In this document: one piece after another, positions 24,616 through 33,817 of the stretch
How positions within the stretch are numbered: position 1 is the stretch's first letter
How the letters are laid out: the number at the start of each line of letters is the position of its first letter
Source of the DNA: Candidatus Peribacteraceae bacterium
Lineage (GTDB): Bacteria; Patescibacteriota; Gracilibacteria; Peribacterales; Peribacteraceae
DNA length: 64,000 bases
Reading direction: 5' to 3'
NCBI GenBank assembly: GCA_041666245.1
Contig: JBAYHG010000003.1
Location: forward strand, 15,977-79,976
The notes under the pieces: generated by a model
What the model saw: the letters and a program-made list of their open reading frames with translations, nothing else
Database searches by the model: none
Told to the model about the DNA's origin: nothing
Translations under genes and position numbers: made by a program

Positions 24616-25548
24616 TTACGCGAGTATTTCCCCCTCCTTCCATCCCGTTTGGAATTCTCCGGGCGTCACGGGAACTCCATCCTGTCCCGCGAAGCCCGTG
24701 ATGGCCAGTGCGCCGTCGAGCGTCGCGACGAGGATTTCCTTGTCTGTGCATTGGATGATGGTGCCTGGTTCCAGCTGTGGCCGAAGCAGTCGCCGTTCCG
24801 TTCGTGCCACAGGAAGTGCTTGCCCCTCTCGTCCTGTTTCCGCGAATTGGAGCGGCGGGAAGGCGAAGGCGCGGATCCAGTGGAAGAGAATTTCCGTCGG
24901 ACGATGCCAATCGATGCGCCGTTTCTTGAAATCAATCGCGCGCATGCCGTAGTACGTCGCGCGATCGGGATCCTGCGGGGTGCGGGCGTTCGTTCGTGTG
25001 AGGATCGCGGGGAGCGTCTCCTCGAAGAGGATCGCCCCTTCCTCGATGCACTGTTCGAAGAGGTTGCGTGCGTTGAACGAGAGCGGGATCGGGAAGAAGC
25101 GCTGCGCGATGATGTCGCCGGTATCGATGCCATCATCGATGTAGTGGAGCGTCACGCCCATCTCCCGCTCGCCATTCAGGACCGCCCAGGCGATGGGAGA
25201 GCAGCCGCGGTAGCGGGGGAGGGGGGCGAAGTGCAGGTTGATCGTGCCATTCTTCGCTGCGGAGTGGATCGGCTGGCGGAGAATCTCGTAGTACTGGAAG
25301 GAGAAGATGAAATCGAGATGTTGCTCCCGGAGCCATTGGATGGATGCGGGAGTATTGAGCTTGTCCCGGCGAACGGGCCAGCCCAGTTCCTTCGCATGGT
25401 GAAACACCGACCCGCGCCATCCGCCCGAGCCATCATCGTCGAAATCCGGCACGACGCTGATCACATCGACTTTTCCCGCGAGGAGGTCCATGCACCGTAT
25501 GGCGATCTTCCCTTTGCCGCAGATGAGGACTCTCGGCAGCGGAGCCAT
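24616..25548 (-). CDS. Formyltransferase (Fmt/ArnA-N/sugar N-formyltransferase family)
   Basis: MAPLPRVLICGKGKIAIRC..FIFSFQYYEIL..TINLHFAPLPRYRGCSPIAWAVLNGEREMGVTLHYIDDGIDTGDII.. shows the N-LH-x-x-LP-x-x-RG and D-x-G-D signature. The ATG at 25548 was confirmed, 2 nt after the upstream stop. Confidence 0.85.
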   Translation of the reverse strand: MAPLPRVLICGKGKIAIRCMDLLAGKVDVISVVPDFDDDGSGGWRGSVFHHAKELGWPVRRDKLNTPASIQWLREQHLDFIFSFQYYEILRQPIHSAAKNGTINLHFAPLPRYRGCSPIAWAVLNGEREMGVTLHYIDDGIDTGDIIAQRFFPIPLSFNARNLFEQCIEEGAILFEETLPAILTRTNARTPQDPDRATYYGMRAIDFKKRRIDWHRPTEILFHWIRAFAFPPLQFAETGREGQALPVARTERRLLRPQLEPGTIIQCTDKEILVATLDGALAITGFAGQDGVPVTPGEFQTGWKEGEILA

Positions 25549-25550
25549 GG

Positions 25551-26567
25551 TCAGCGGGGGGATTTCCGAAGCGGGAGCACTCGTCCTCCCTCCTTCAGTG
25601 ACTGCGTCCCCGCCTCGAGGATGCGCACCATGGCGAGTCCCCGCGCGCCGCTCACAACCGGTTGTTCCTTCCCTTCGACGCACGCAAGGACGTGCTTGGC
25701 CTCGATGGCGAGCGTTTCGGCGTTCGGAAGCGCCGGGATGAGGATGTCCCCCGCACGGTACTTGGGGAAGAACGGATCGGGTTTCGTCGTGTCATGGTCC
25801 ACCCCGCTGTCGTAGAGGCGAATCTTCTCACTCGGCTCCGTGTCGTCGTAGACCACCATTGCCTTGCTGCCGCCGAGCATCGTTCTGCGCACCTTCACCG
25901 GCGAGAGCCAGCTCACGTGGACGTGGGTGGCGAATCCGGACGCGGTGGTCAGGTGCAGATGGACGTCTTCCTCCGTTTGGCCATAGTGCTTGCTGCCGTG
26001 TGCGCAGACCGTTTCGATGTCGTTCAAATCCAGGAAGGTGCTGAGGATGCTGAGGTCATGGATGGCAAGATCCCAGAGGACATTGATGTCCTTCTGGATG
26101 AGGCCGAGATTGATGCGGACCGAATCGAAGTAGAGGAGTTTCCCGAGGGAGCCGTCCTTCGCGAGATCCGCGATCTTCCGCACGGCGGGCGCGAAGACGA
26201 AGGTGTGGTCCACGAAGATCAGACGGTCCTTCTCCTTCGCGAGCGCAACCAGCTCCTCCGCCTCGGCCACCGTCGATGTCATCGGCTTCTCGATGAAGAC
26301 GTGCTTCCCGGCCTCGAGGGCTTTCTTCGCGAGCGGGAAGTGTGCGGACGTGGGTGTGGCGACGAGGATGAGGTCGAGTTTCGGGTCCTTCAGCAGATCT
26401 TCGTACGTTGATGTGAATGTGATGGCGGGGTAATGGCGACGCAGCTTCTCCAGGTTCTTCTCTGCGAGATCGCACGCCCATACCACCTCACATCCCGCTT
26501 GTGCGGTGAAGTTTCGCAGGAGGTTCGGCCCCCAGTAGCCCAAGCCGACAATGCCGATACGCACCAT
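25551..26567 (-). CDS. Gfo/Idh/MocA family NAD-dependent oxidoreductase (WbpB-like sugar dehydrogenase candidate)
   Basis: MVRIGIVGLGYWGPNLLRNF..ATPTSAHFPLAKKALEAGKHVFIEKPM..DHTFVFAPAV... Confidence 0.85.
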   Translation of the reverse strand: MVRIGIVGLGYWGPNLLRNFTAQAGCEVVWACDLAEKNLEKLRRHYPAITFTSTYEDLLKDPKLDLILVATPTSAHFPLAKKALEAGKHVFIEKPMTSTVAEAEELVALAKEKDRLIFVDHTFVFAPAVRKIADLAKDGSLGKLLYFDSVRINLGLIQKDINVLWDLAIHDLSILSTFLDLNDIETVCAHGSKHYGQTEEDVHLHLTTASGFATHVHVSWLSPVKVRRTMLGGSKAMVVYDDTEPSEKIRLYDSGVDHDTTKPDPFFPKYRAGDILIPALPNAETLAIEAKHVLACVEGKEQPVVSGARGLAMVRILEAGTQSLKEGGRVLPLRKSPR

Positions 26568-26625
26568 AAGGTCTGCTGTATGGTACAGGAAAAGCCTCTA
26601 CAATACCTCACTGTTTCCCGCAGCA

Positions 26626-27792
26626 ATGCGCATTGCCTACTGCACCAACGTCCGGCTCCCGAGCGAGCGCGCCCACGGGCACCAGATCGCGCACGTGTGC
26701 GATGCACTCGTCCGGCTCGGACACTCCGTCACGATTTTCGCACCGTTTCGACGGAATCCCGTCTCCACCGATTACACGACGTACTACGGAGCCCGACCGG
26801 AGGTGAAGCTCTGTCTCCTCGGTTCCTTCGATGCCATCAACCGCTGGTTCCTCCCCGGCGTTCTCGGTCTTTGGGTTCTCAATGTGTTGTTTCGGGGGAA
26901 TCTCCGGCGGGAGCTGACCACGGAACGGTTCGATGTCCTCTACACGCGCAGTCCGGCGTTGCTTTCCTCACTGCTCAAGACCTCCATTCCGGTCATCCTC
27001 GAATTGCATCAGCTGCCGCGGCGGGGGAGAGGGGGATTCATTTCTCTCTGCAAGCGATGTGCGATCGTCTCGTGCCTCACATCCGTCATGCGGGACGAAT
27101 TGCTCGCTGCAGGCGTTCCTCCGAACCTCGTTGTTGCGGAGGGGGATGCCGTGGACGAAGCGTGGCTCTCCACAGCCTTCGACCGGGAAGCTTCGCGGGC
27201 GAAGTGGGAGATCGAAAAGGAAAGATTCGTTCTTGGGTATGCCGGGTCGCTCTCCACGTTCGGTCTTCCGAAAGGAGCGGATCAGATCGTGCATGCAGTC
27301 GCTCTCCTCCGTCATCGGGGTGTCCCTGCAACCGCGCTCATTGCGGGAGGCCCGCCGGCTGCGGAAGCTGTTCTCCGAGAGACAGCTGATGCACTCGGAG
27401 TGGTCTCCTTCATTCGGTTCCTCGGACAACTGCCGCGCTCCGATGTTCCATCCGTTCTTGCCGCCTCGGATGTCCTCGTCTACCCGGCACCGGCATCCCG
27501 GCATCCCTACTTCCTTCGCGACACGTCGCCCCTGAAGATTTTCGAGTACATGGCCGCCTCACGTCCAATCGTTGCGGCGGACCTGCCGCCACTGCGGGAA
27601 ATTCTGCATGATTCGATGGCGCTCTTCTACACGCCGGGCAATGTCGAAACGCTCGCCGCCGCGGTCCATTCCGTTCAGAAAGATCCCTCCGGGGCCGTCC
27701 GCCGTGCCGCCGCCGCCCGCACGTTCGTTTCCGGTCGAACGTGGACGGAACGCATGCGGAGGATCTTTGCCGCTGCTAGGCTTCAATCATGA
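26626..27792 (+). CDS. GT4 family glycosyltransferase
   Basis: MRIAYCTNVRLPSERAHGHQIAHVCDAL..LGYAGSLSTFGLPKGAD..SPLKIFEYMAASRPIVAADLPPLREIL... The ATG at 26626 was confirmed. Confidence 0.8.
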   Translation: MRIAYCTNVRLPSERAHGHQIAHVCDALVRLGHSVTIFAPFRRNPVSTDYTTYYGARPEVKLCLLGSFDAINRWFLPGVLGLWVLNVLFRGNLRRELTTERFDVLYTRSPALLSSLLKTSIPVILELHQLPRRGRGGFISLCKRCAIVSCLTSVMRDELLAAGVPPNLVVAEGDAVDEAWLSTAFDREASRAKWEIEKERFVLGYAGSLSTFGLPKGADQIVHAVALLRHRGVPATALIAGGPPAAEAVLRETADALGVVSFIRFLGQLPRSDVPSVLAASDVLVYPAPASRHPYFLRDTSPLKIFEYMAASRPIVAADLPPLREILHDSMALFYTPGNVETLAAAVHSVQKDPSGAVRRAAAARTFVSGRTWTERMRRIFAAARLQS

Positions 27793-27794
27793 CA

Positions 27795-27885
27795 TTCTTC
27801 ATCCACCTTTTTCCGGCGAAAAAGGTGGAGCCAAAAGCGCCAGCCCGCCAAGCGCCCCTCCACCCGGCACCGCGCCTCCTCCCCG
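27795..27885 (+). repeat. Structured intergenic repeat, copy C (5' half only)
   Basis: It has the hairpin CCACCTTTTTC-CGGC-GAAAAAGGTGG at 27803..27828, followed by AGCCAAAAGCGC..CCAAGCGCCCCTCCACCCGGCACCGCGCCTCCTCCCC as in copy B. The 3' conserved block is absent. Confidence 0.7.
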
Positions 27886-27952
27886 GATATTTCCTGAGAC
27901 GGATGTATTCGACGTTACGCGCACGAGAGTATTGTTCCCGTCTGCTGTTTGT

Positions 27953-29038
27953 ATGAAGACCATTGTCAGCGTCTGTTCGGCACGACCCAACTTCGTGAAG
28001 CTCGCGGCCGTGCACCATGCGCTCATGGGGAGCGGGATATCGGCGAAGCACGTCATCGTCCATACCGGGCAGCACTACGATCCGCTCTTCTCCGATATCT
28101 TCTTCGAGCAGCTCTCGATTCCGACGCCGGACGTCAATCTCGGCGTGAAGGGAGGAGAACGTGCACAGGTCATTCGTGAGACGGAATGGGCGTGCGCCCG
28201 GGCGTTCGATGACATCCGACCGGACATCGTCCTCGTGTACGGCGACGTGAACGGGGCGGTGGGGGCGGCGAATGCCGCGAAACGATCGAAGATTCCCATC
28301 GGTCACGTGGAAGCGGGGTTACGTTCATTCGATCTCACGATGCCGGAGGAAGGCAACCGCATCGCCGTCGACCGGATCGCGGATCTCCTCCTCTGCAGCG
28401 AACCCTCGGGCGTGTCGAATCTGAAGAAGGAGAGGGCTCCCGGCGCCGCGCAGCTCGTCGGCAACACGATGATCGACACGCTCATCCGCATGCAGCCGCA
28501 GATCGAAGTCGCAGAGATTCCCGCGGATCTTCCGGATACGTACGCCATCGTCACTCTCCACCGACCGAGCAATACTGACGATCCGGCGATGCTCCGGCTC
28601 AATGTGGAAACGCTGACGGAACTCTCGGAACGCATTCCTCTCCTCCTGCCGCTGCACCACCGCTTCCGCGCCGCGCTCGAGCGCGAAGGGCTCCTCGCCG
28701 ATCTGGATCGCGCGGTCACGCTCCTCCCCGCGCTCGGCTATCTGCCGTTCCTCCGCCTCCTCTCCGCTTCCCGCTTCATTCTCACGGATTCCGGCGGTGT
28801 GCAGGAGGAAGCGACGTTCCTCCGCAAGCGCTGTTTCACGCTTCGCAAGAATACCGAGCGGCCGATCACGATCGAGAGTGGATCCAACATCCTCACGGAT
28901 CTGCAGAAGCTCTCCGATCGTCAGATGCTCCTTTCCGCCGCGGATACGAAGGGACAGCCGCGCATCACCGTTCCCGTGCTCTGGGACGGCAAGGCCGGAG
29001 AACGTATAGTAGAGGTCATCTCCTCTTACCTCGCATGA
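27953..29038 (+). CDS. wecB: UDP-N-acetylglucosamine 2-epimerase (non-hydrolysing) family
   Basis: MKTIVSVCSARPNFVKLAAVHHAL..HTGQHYD..VLVYGDVNGAVGAA..GHVEAGLRSFD..PEEGNRI..TDSGGVQEEA... The ATG at 27953 was confirmed. Confidence 0.85.
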   Translation: MKTIVSVCSARPNFVKLAAVHHALMGSGISAKHVIVHTGQHYDPLFSDIFFEQLSIPTPDVNLGVKGGERAQVIRETEWACARAFDDIRPDIVLVYGDVNGAVGAANAAKRSKIPIGHVEAGLRSFDLTMPEEGNRIAVDRIADLLLCSEPSGVSNLKKERAPGAAQLVGNTMIDTLIRMQPQIEVAEIPADLPDTYAIVTLHRPSNTDDPAMLRLNVETLTELSERIPLLLPLHHRFRAALEREGLLADLDRAVTLLPALGYLPFLRLLSASRFILTDSGGVQEEATFLRKRCFTLRKNTERPITIESGSNILTDLQKLSDRQMLLSAADTKGQPRITVPVLWDGKAGERIVEVISSYLA

Positions 29039-30210
29039 GAATACTGATGGTCATCGACAGTTTTTTCCCCGTCGTGGGGGGGAGCGAAACGGCGGTTCGA
29101 CGGCTCTCCGATACGCTCGTTGATCTGGGGCATACCGTGGGGGTGGCGGTTCTCTCGCGTCCGGATGCCGCAAATCCTTCGACGAAGTTCTCCTTCTGGA
29201 AGGTCCCGTCGACGCTCCTCGGCATCGATGCGAAATTCGTGGGGAAGATCGTTCATCTGCGTCGCATCATCCGGTCGTTTCGTCCCGATGTCGTCAATGT
29301 GCACTTCATGCTGGAATCGGGCTACGTCGGTGTGCGATCGGCGCGTGCAGAACATATTCCCGTGGTCCTCACCAATCGCGGACGCGGACTCTACAACGAA
29401 CCCACGAACGGAGCGGAGCGTTTGCTCTATCCGTTCTGGAACCGCGGGTCGATGCGGGCTGACGCCTTCATCGCGACGAGTCAGGAGATGGTGGATCTGG
29501 CGAAGGAGCGCTACGGCGTCGATTCCCTCGCGATCTCCAACGGCGTGGACATCGAACACTTCCATCCGTCGCGCGACGGACGTTCCGTGCGTAAGCGCTA
29601 CGCCGTTCCTTCCGGACGGCGCGTCCTCCTCTGCGTGCGGCGACTCGTTCCGAAGAACGGCATCGAGTACATCGTGCGTGCACTGCCGCTTCTTTCCCCT
29701 TCACTGGATGTGGAATTGTGGCTTGCCGCTCCGAAAAATCGTGAGTACGAGAAGCTCGTGGCGCTGGCGCTTGAACTCGGCGTGCAGGATCGTGTGCGCT
29801 TCCTCGGGAGCGTCGATCATGCCGAACTGCCGATGTACCTCGCGGCGGCCGATGTCGTCGTGCAGCCTTCCATCGCCGAGGCGCGCAGTCTCGCGTGTCT
29901 GGAGGCGATGGCGAACGGCGCCGCAGTGATCGCGACGGCGACCGGCGGGCTCAAGGAAATCATCACCCACGGTGAGAATGGTTTCCTCATCGCGCCGTTC
30001 CAGGAGAGCACGTACGCCGTCACGACGTTCTTCCAAGACGGCGTGCGCCGCGTCGCGGACGCCGTGAAGACCGTCCTGACGGACGAAGCGCTCCGCGCGA
30101 GGATGCAGAAAGGCGCGCGTGCCTACGCCGAGACGTGCAGCTGGCCGCAGATCGCCCGGCAGACGCTCGCGGTCTACGAGAAGGCCATTCAATCCCGATC
30201 CCGCTCATGA
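29035..30210 (+). CDS. GT4 family glycosyltransferase
   Basis: MRILMVIDSFFPVVGGSETAVRRLSDTL..LLCVRRLVPKNGIEY..QPSIAEARSLACLEAMANGAAVIATATGGLKEII... ATGA overlap with wecB. Confidence 0.88.
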   Translation: MRILMVIDSFFPVVGGSETAVRRLSDTLVDLGHTVGVAVLSRPDAANPSTKFSFWKVPSTLLGIDAKFVGKIVHLRRIIRSFRPDVVNVHFMLESGYVGVRSARAEHIPVVLTNRGRGLYNEPTNGAERLLYPFWNRGSMRADAFIATSQEMVDLAKERYGVDSLAISNGVDIEHFHPSRDGRSVRKRYAVPSGRRVLLCVRRLVPKNGIEYIVRALPLLSPSLDVELWLAAPKNREYEKLVALALELGVQDRVRFLGSVDHAELPMYLAAADVVVQPSIAEARSLACLEAMANGAAVIATATGGLKEIITHGENGFLIAPFQESTYAVTTFFQDGVRRVADAVKTVLTDEALRARMQKGARAYAETCSWPQIARQTLAVYEKAIQSRSRS

Positions 30211-31034
30211 GTACCGAGCCCTTCAAGGAAGTGTATCGGTCGCTCTCCGACCGCATTACCGAGAAGCGCTACCACTCCGCTTCTCCCATCCGCCGTCATG
30301 CGCACCGGACGCAGTACGAGACCATCGTGGCGCTCATTCCCGCCGGATGTTCCGTCCTCGATGCGGGGTGCGGGGAAGGGGTGCTGAGCATTCTTCTCGC
30401 GCAGAAAGGATGTCGCGTGACGGGTTTGGATTACTCCGCCCCCAATGTCGAAGCCGCGAAGGCGTATGCGCGGGAAGCCGGCGTGGAAGACAGGACAACG
30501 TTCCTCGAAGGCGATGCTGAGCATGTGCCGTTCCCCGACCGGTCTTTCGATTGGGTCGTCTCGAGTCATGTGCTGGAGCACCTTCCCGATTTTGTTCAGG
30601 GGGCCCGGGAAATTGCGAGGGTGGCGCATGCCGGCGCTGTCGTCGCAGTCCCCACGTGCCTCGGCCCCGCTTCCTGGGTGCTCCTCGGGGGGGACAAATT
30701 CTGGACGGTGTCGCGCCGGACTCCGATCGCCATCTTCATTGGACTGTTTCGAGTACTCGGAGCGTTGCTTAGAGAGGAGGAGGGTGTGGACGAGCGGTAC
30801 GAGGGGCGACATGAACTCCCACACATTTCTCGGTTCCCCTGGCGTGCAAGACGGCTCCTGGAAGAAGGGGGACTTCATGTCCGGACTCAGCGTGCGAGCT
30901 CCTTCACCCTTCCCTACGTCACTTTCCTCGTTCCGCTCTCGCGATTCCTCGAGCGGTTCGCAGGAGTACCGATCCTCCGTTCTCTCGGTCACGGCACGAC
31001 GTTCGCATGCACGTCGTCGGGGTCCGTCTCATGA
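30207..31034 (+). CDS. Class I SAM-dependent methyltransferase
   Basis: ..SVLDAGCGEGVLSILLAQKGCRVTGLDYS..LEGDAEHVPFPDRSFDWVVSSHVLEHLPD... ATGA overlap with the preceding GT4. Confidence 0.85.
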   Translation: MSTEPFKEVYRSLSDRITEKRYHSASPIRRHAHRTQYETIVALIPAGCSVLDAGCGEGVLSILLAQKGCRVTGLDYSAPNVEAAKAYAREAGVEDRTTFLEGDAEHVPFPDRSFDWVVSSHVLEHLPDFVQGAREIARVAHAGAVVAVPTCLGPASWVLLGGDKFWTVSRRTPIAIFIGLFRVLGALLREEEGVDERYEGRHELPHISRFPWRARRLLEEGGLHVRTQRASSFTLPYVTFLVPLSRFLERFAGVPILRSLGHGTTFACTSSGSVS

Positions 31035-31636
31035 GGACATCGCAGCGGTCGGATGACTTTCGCCGGAGTCCCCGCTGCGAGGACGAAGGGAGGAATGTCG
31101 CTCGTCACCATGCTCTTCGCGCCGATCACCGATCCCTTCCCGATCGTGACGCCCTTCCCCACCTGCACGTCCACGCCCAGCCACACGTCGTCCTCGATCC
31201 GGACTTCCTGCGGTTCTTTGTCCTCCAGATGCCGGCGCGGGACGGCGTCCACGGGATGGAAGCTCACGTCCGCGATGCGGCACCCCGCGCCGATCATCAC
31301 GCGCTTGCCGATGAAGACTTTCTTCTCCGCGTGAATCGCCGATCCGTTGAGACCCGCGTCATCACCGATTTCGATCACGCCCGTCTTCGTGGTGGAGAGG
31401 ACCATCCGCGGGAACGGCTGACCGAACCGGTAGATGGAACGCAGGGAATTCATCATCACGCGCTCGCCGATGATGATCTTCCCCTCGTGGCGCAGCAGGT
31501 TGGGGAAGCCATAGATTTTCGCCGAAGCAGGTACGGTGCACCCGAAGAGCCGCATCCATATTCTGCTGTAGAAGCAGAGGAGCGGTTTCTTGCGCAGCCC
31601 GACCCACCGTTTGGCGAGGCGTTGGAGGAGAGTCAT
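30989..31636 (-). CDS. Left-handed beta-helix (hexapeptide-repeat) acetyltransferase
   Basis: ..IEIGDDAGLNGSAIHAEKKVFIGKRVMIGAGCRIADV..IEDDVWLGVDVQVGKGVTIGKGSVIGAKSMVTSDIPP.. resembles the maltose/galactoside O-acetyltransferase type. Confidence 0.8.
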   Translation of the reverse strand: MTLLQRLAKRWVGLRKKPLLCFYSRIWMRLFGCTVPASAKIYGFPNLLRHEGKIIIGERVMMNSLRSIYRFGQPFPRMVLSTTKTGVIEIGDDAGLNGSAIHAEKKVFIGKRVMIGAGCRIADVSFHPVDAVPRRHLEDKEPQEVRIEDDVWLGVDVQVGKGVTIGKGSVIGAKSMVTSDIPPFVLAAGTPAKVIRPLRCPHETDPDDVHANVVP

Positions 31637-31685
31637 GAGAAGTACTCTAGGAGGAATGTGACACGAGTGCGAGTCGCAGGATCGC

Positions 31686-32996
31686 TCATGGTAGTTCGGC
31701 CGACGGAATCGTCTGGGAGCCGCCGGGCACCGGTGGTGCTCGGAGCATGAAAATGATCGAACATGCGGCGTACGAGAGACGCAGAAGTCCGCGTGCGAGG
31801 ATGGCGCCGATGAGCCCGTAGGTCGGGATGAGTGTGAGGAGAGAGATGAGGAAGACGGCGGTGGAGATCCAGCGCGTCCACTGGAGTGCCCGGATCATGG
31901 CTTGTGCCTCCAGGTATTGTGTGAGGATGCCGCTGGGCAATGTGACGAGCGTCAGGGCGGCGATCCGCGTGAGCCACACCGCTTCCGGGTAGTTGGGGAA
32001 GAGGAGCGCGAAGATCCACGGTGCGAGCAGGATGTATCCGATGATGCCCGTGAAGAAGAGGAGTGTCGCACGCAACGTGACGAAGAGGAGTCGCCGACGG
32101 CGTTCCGGAGAATCCGCTCCTCTCGATTGCACGGCGAAGAGGACCGGCAGGAGTTCCTTGGCCAAAACTTTCGATTGCTCGGGCAGGAGGATGGCAACGG
32201 AGAATACCGCGAGCTGATTGAGTCCGAAGAGGGCGGAGATCATGAGTTTGTCCACATACCAGGACAGCGAGATGGGCAGATTGGCGAGTGTGAGTTGCAG
32301 GCCGTAGCGCAGGATGGGTTTCACGGAAACGGCCGGGGATGGACGCAAGACAAGGGGGCGGCTGAAATTGAGAGACACGAGGGCGGGGAAGGCCATCGTG
32401 ACGGCTATGAGAAGTGCGGGAGAGGGATAGATGAGCAGGATGAGGAGGGCCGCCAGCACGATGGCTGCGTTGGAGATCACGTTGGCCTTCAGTGCGTAGC
32501 TGAACCGCTCCATCCCCACCGTGATGCTCGCGAAGATGGTTCCGGCGGCCTGTGAGACGGGGAAGAGGAGGGCGGCCAGGAGGAAGAGAGGCCAGAGCGC
32601 CTGTCGTTCCGCCGGGAGGAACGGAATGGCAGCGAGGAGGAGGATGGAGCCGACGATAGCGGCGAGGAATTGCACGCGTGCCACGGGCAGAATCGCCTCC
32701 CGCTCGCCGCGGGCCACTGCCCGGCTGAGTGCGTTCGTGATGCCCGGCAACCCGAAAGCCCCCACGGCTCCGACAGCGCTGAGGATGAACTGGTACTGTC
32801 CGTAGAGTTCCCGCGGGAAGAGACGTGCGACGAGGTATCCCGTGACGATGCCGCGCAGCACTGCCGTGGCGTACCCGGTGCTCACGAAGACAGCATTCTT
32901 CGCGAAGAAGCGGATGTCCGTACCAAGGAGACGGTGTGCCAGGGCGAGCGCGTGCCGATAGAGGGTATGGAGGAAGTGCATCAAGATGGCGGGCAC
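31686..32996 (-). CDS. wzx: Wzx-like polysaccharide flippase (MOP superfamily)
   Basis: 436 aa, about 12-14 TM helices, with an N-terminus ..FAKNAVFVSTGYATAVLRGIVTGYLVARLFPRELYGQYQFILS.. typical of polysaccharide biosynthesis (Wzx) proteins. The start is the GTG at 32996 or the ATG at 32981. The overlapping 605-aa ORF 31633..33450 is in another frame and was rejected. Confidence 0.7.
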   Translation of the reverse strand: MPAILMHFLHTLYRHALALAHRLLGTDIRFFAKNAVFVSTGYATAVLRGIVTGYLVARLFPRELYGQYQFILSAVGAVGAFGLPGITNALSRAVARGEREAILPVARVQFLAAIVGSILLLAAIPFLPAERQALWPLFLLAALLFPVSQAAGTIFASITVGMERFSYALKANVISNAAIVLAALLILLIYPSPALLIAVTMAFPALVSLNFSRPLVLRPSPAVSVKPILRYGLQLTLANLPISLSWYVDKLMISALFGLNQLAVFSVAILLPEQSKVLAKELLPVLFAVQSRGADSPERRRRLLFVTLRATLLFFTGIIGYILLAPWIFALLFPNYPEAVWLTRIAALTLVTLPSGILTQYLEAQAMIRALQWTRWISTAVFLISLLTLIPTYGLIGAILARGLLRLSYAACSIIFMLRAPPVPGGSQTIPSAELP

Positions 32997-33154
32997 GGCA
33001 CAGGGAAGGCCGGGAGCCGCGCAGGGAGAGTATACTGAAGAATGCGGGAGCCAACCGGAAAGTGTCCAAAACCGCCGGGAAAGCGATAATGTGTGGAAAT
33101 GGGAATTTTAAGCCGGCTCCGTGTCCTGTGTGCCTTCTGCTATGATCGGTGCTC

Positions 33155-33817
33155 ATGCGGTCCCTCGTCATTCTCGGCACCGGCGGGCAGAGTATCGATA
33201 TTCTCGATACCGTCCTGGAGCTGAATCGCATCGAACCTGTGTACGAGGTGCTTGGTTTCCTGGATGACGACGTTTCTCTCCACGGGTCTTCTGTCTTCAA
33301 CGTACCTGTGTTGGGTTCTCTGCAGCATGCAAAGGAGATGAATGCCGATGTGTTGTTCGTGAATGGTATCGGCAGTCCGGCGACGTTTTTCCGGAAAGCG
33401 GAAATCATCAGCGGCCTCGGCCTCCCCCGCGAGCGCTTTGCGACGATCATTCACCCGACAGCGTCGGTGTCCCGTCTGAGCAAAATCGGGAGCGGGACCG
33501 TTGTCCTGCAGCATGCGACCGTCGCGGCGCAAGCCGACGTGGGTGACCATGTCATGATCCTGCCTGGTGTGGTCATCTCCCATCACGATGTCATCGGGGA
33601 TTACTGCACGATTGCGGGAGGAGTGAACATCTCCGGGAGGGTGAAGATCTCATCGTCGGTCTACATCGGCACGAACGCTTGTATTCGTGAGGATGTCACC
33701 ATTGGTTCCGGCTCACTCATCGGAATGGGGGCTGTTGTCCGGCACGATGTTTCGGAGGGGCAGATCGTTGCCGGCAATCCTGCAGTCATTCTCCCTTCTC
33801 CGCGCCTTCCATCATGA
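33155..33817 (+). CDS. PglD/NeuD family sugar N/O-acetyltransferase (LbH)
   Basis: MRSLVILGTGGQSIDILDTV..VLGFLDDD..VNGIGSP..IHPTASVSRLSKIGSGTVVLQHATVAAQADVGDHVMILPGVVISHHDVIGDYCTIAGGVNISGRVKI... It has an N-terminal Rossmann-like subdomain plus hexapeptide repeats. Confidence 0.85.
   Translation: MRSLVILGTGGQSIDILDTVLELNRIEPVYEVLGFLDDDVSLHGSSVFNVPVLGSLQHAKEMNADVLFVNGIGSPATFFRKAEIISGLGLPRERFATIIHPTASVSRLSKIGSGTVVLQHATVAAQADVGDHVMILPGVVISHHDVIGDYCTIAGGVNISGRVKISSSVYIGTNACIREDVTIGSGSLIGMGAVVRHDVSEGQIVAGNPAVILPSPRLPS

Noticed and set aside
24367-25815. 482-aa plus-strand ORF, and small ORFs beginning MCCGTGPSPSPPV / MKGKA.CRST inside the intergenic repeat copies
   Set aside because: The long ORF is antisense to the formyltransferase. 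The short peptide similarities between repeat copies follow from nucleotide identity. Differences between copies include indels and are not biased to third codon positions, and there are no credible starts.
31633-33450. 605-aa minus-strand ORF overlapping the Wzx-like gene
   Set aside because: It lies in a different frame from the convincing 12-14-TM Wzx-like ORF. It is Pro/Arg/His-rich, has no motifs, and crosses the intergenic promoter region.
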